DNA from: Octopus sinensis
Taxonomy: Eukaryota
NCBI RefSeq assembly: GCF_006345805.1
Contig: NC_043002.1
Span: forward strand, 112,096,001 to 112,160,000
DNA length: 64,000 nt
Direction of reading: 5' to 3'
Under the pieces are notes generated by a model. It worked only from the letters and a program-made list of their open reading frames with translations. It was not told the origin of the DNA and ran no database searches. A program made the translations under genes and the position numbers. Within the stretch, counting starts at the first letter, position 1. Every line of letters begins with the position of its first letter. Positions 63,393 through 64,000 of this stretch are shown here, one piece after another.

Positions 63393-64000
63393 GTCAAATA
63401 TACAAACACATGATTATATTAACAGATTGTGTGTGCTTGTATTTTCATGTATCTGTATGTATGACTACGTTTACGTGCATGTCTGTTTCTGTGTATGCGT
63501 ACGTATGTGTATGTGTCTGTCTGTCTGTGTATTTGTGTACATGTATGTATGTATGTATGTCGGCACTCGTATATGTATGCATGTAAGTATCTATGTATGT
63601 ATATATATGTATGTGGTTGTGTGTATGCTTGTATGCGTGTATTATACATATTTAACTTCTAAATATTGAAATTAGTTTTATATAGGCCAATTGATATCAA
63701 TTATTAAAATAAGGCGTATTTAGTTTGGCTTATTTCTGACTTTAATCTAATAGTTTCATGATGAATTTTCGTTTTATTCAGCACATGATCAGAAAGGTTT
63801 GTTTTTAATTAATTTTCATCTCTTTTTCTTTGTTTCAGATGCAAGGAATTTTTTTCCAGATATTTAATTAAAATATAAAATAAATAGACTGCCAGTTATA
63901 ATTTGTGCATTTCTATATGAAGTTGTTTGACGTCTAATGTGGTTAATATGATATCTATATATTTTTTATATGAAAACATTTATCAATTATACTTGTTATT

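Noticed and set aside
63815-63880. Polypyrimidine tract + CAG followed by ATGCAAGG, a possible host exon acceptor
   Set aside because: Stops follow quickly and there is no donor or homology evidence; cannot be supported from sequence alone.

Overview
AT-rich, microsatellite-dense eukaryotic DNA. The SINE, Helitron and microsatellite content looks like an octopus (coleoid cephalopod) intronic or intergenic region; this is inference, with no database check. I could not support any host protein-coding exon, and most ORFs in the supplied track are translations of (TA)n, (CA)n, (GATA)n and (GGT)n repeats. The window is a patchwork of transposable elements: four tRNA-derived SINE families (labelled A-D here), non-autonomous Helitrons, a RepHel remnant missed by the ORF track, six mariner remnants, a Tigger/pogo relic, an RTE LINE, a HERO-like RLE LINE fragment, and at least four Penelope-like element (PLE) families. 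A ~3.55-kb tandem duplication (49.8-56.8 kb) carries a 5'-truncated PLE whose RT + GIY-YIG frame is broken by different single-base indels in each copy. The most notable observation is a set of minimal type I hammerhead-ribozyme (HHR) folds read by eye. One lies in a non-coding repeat with two tandem copies exactly 540 bp apart (retrozyme-like) plus a third dispersed copy. A non-canonical CCGA(N)GA core recurs in unrelated repeats, and a PLE 3' UTR carries a U3-A8 covariant core. All folds are manual and untested.
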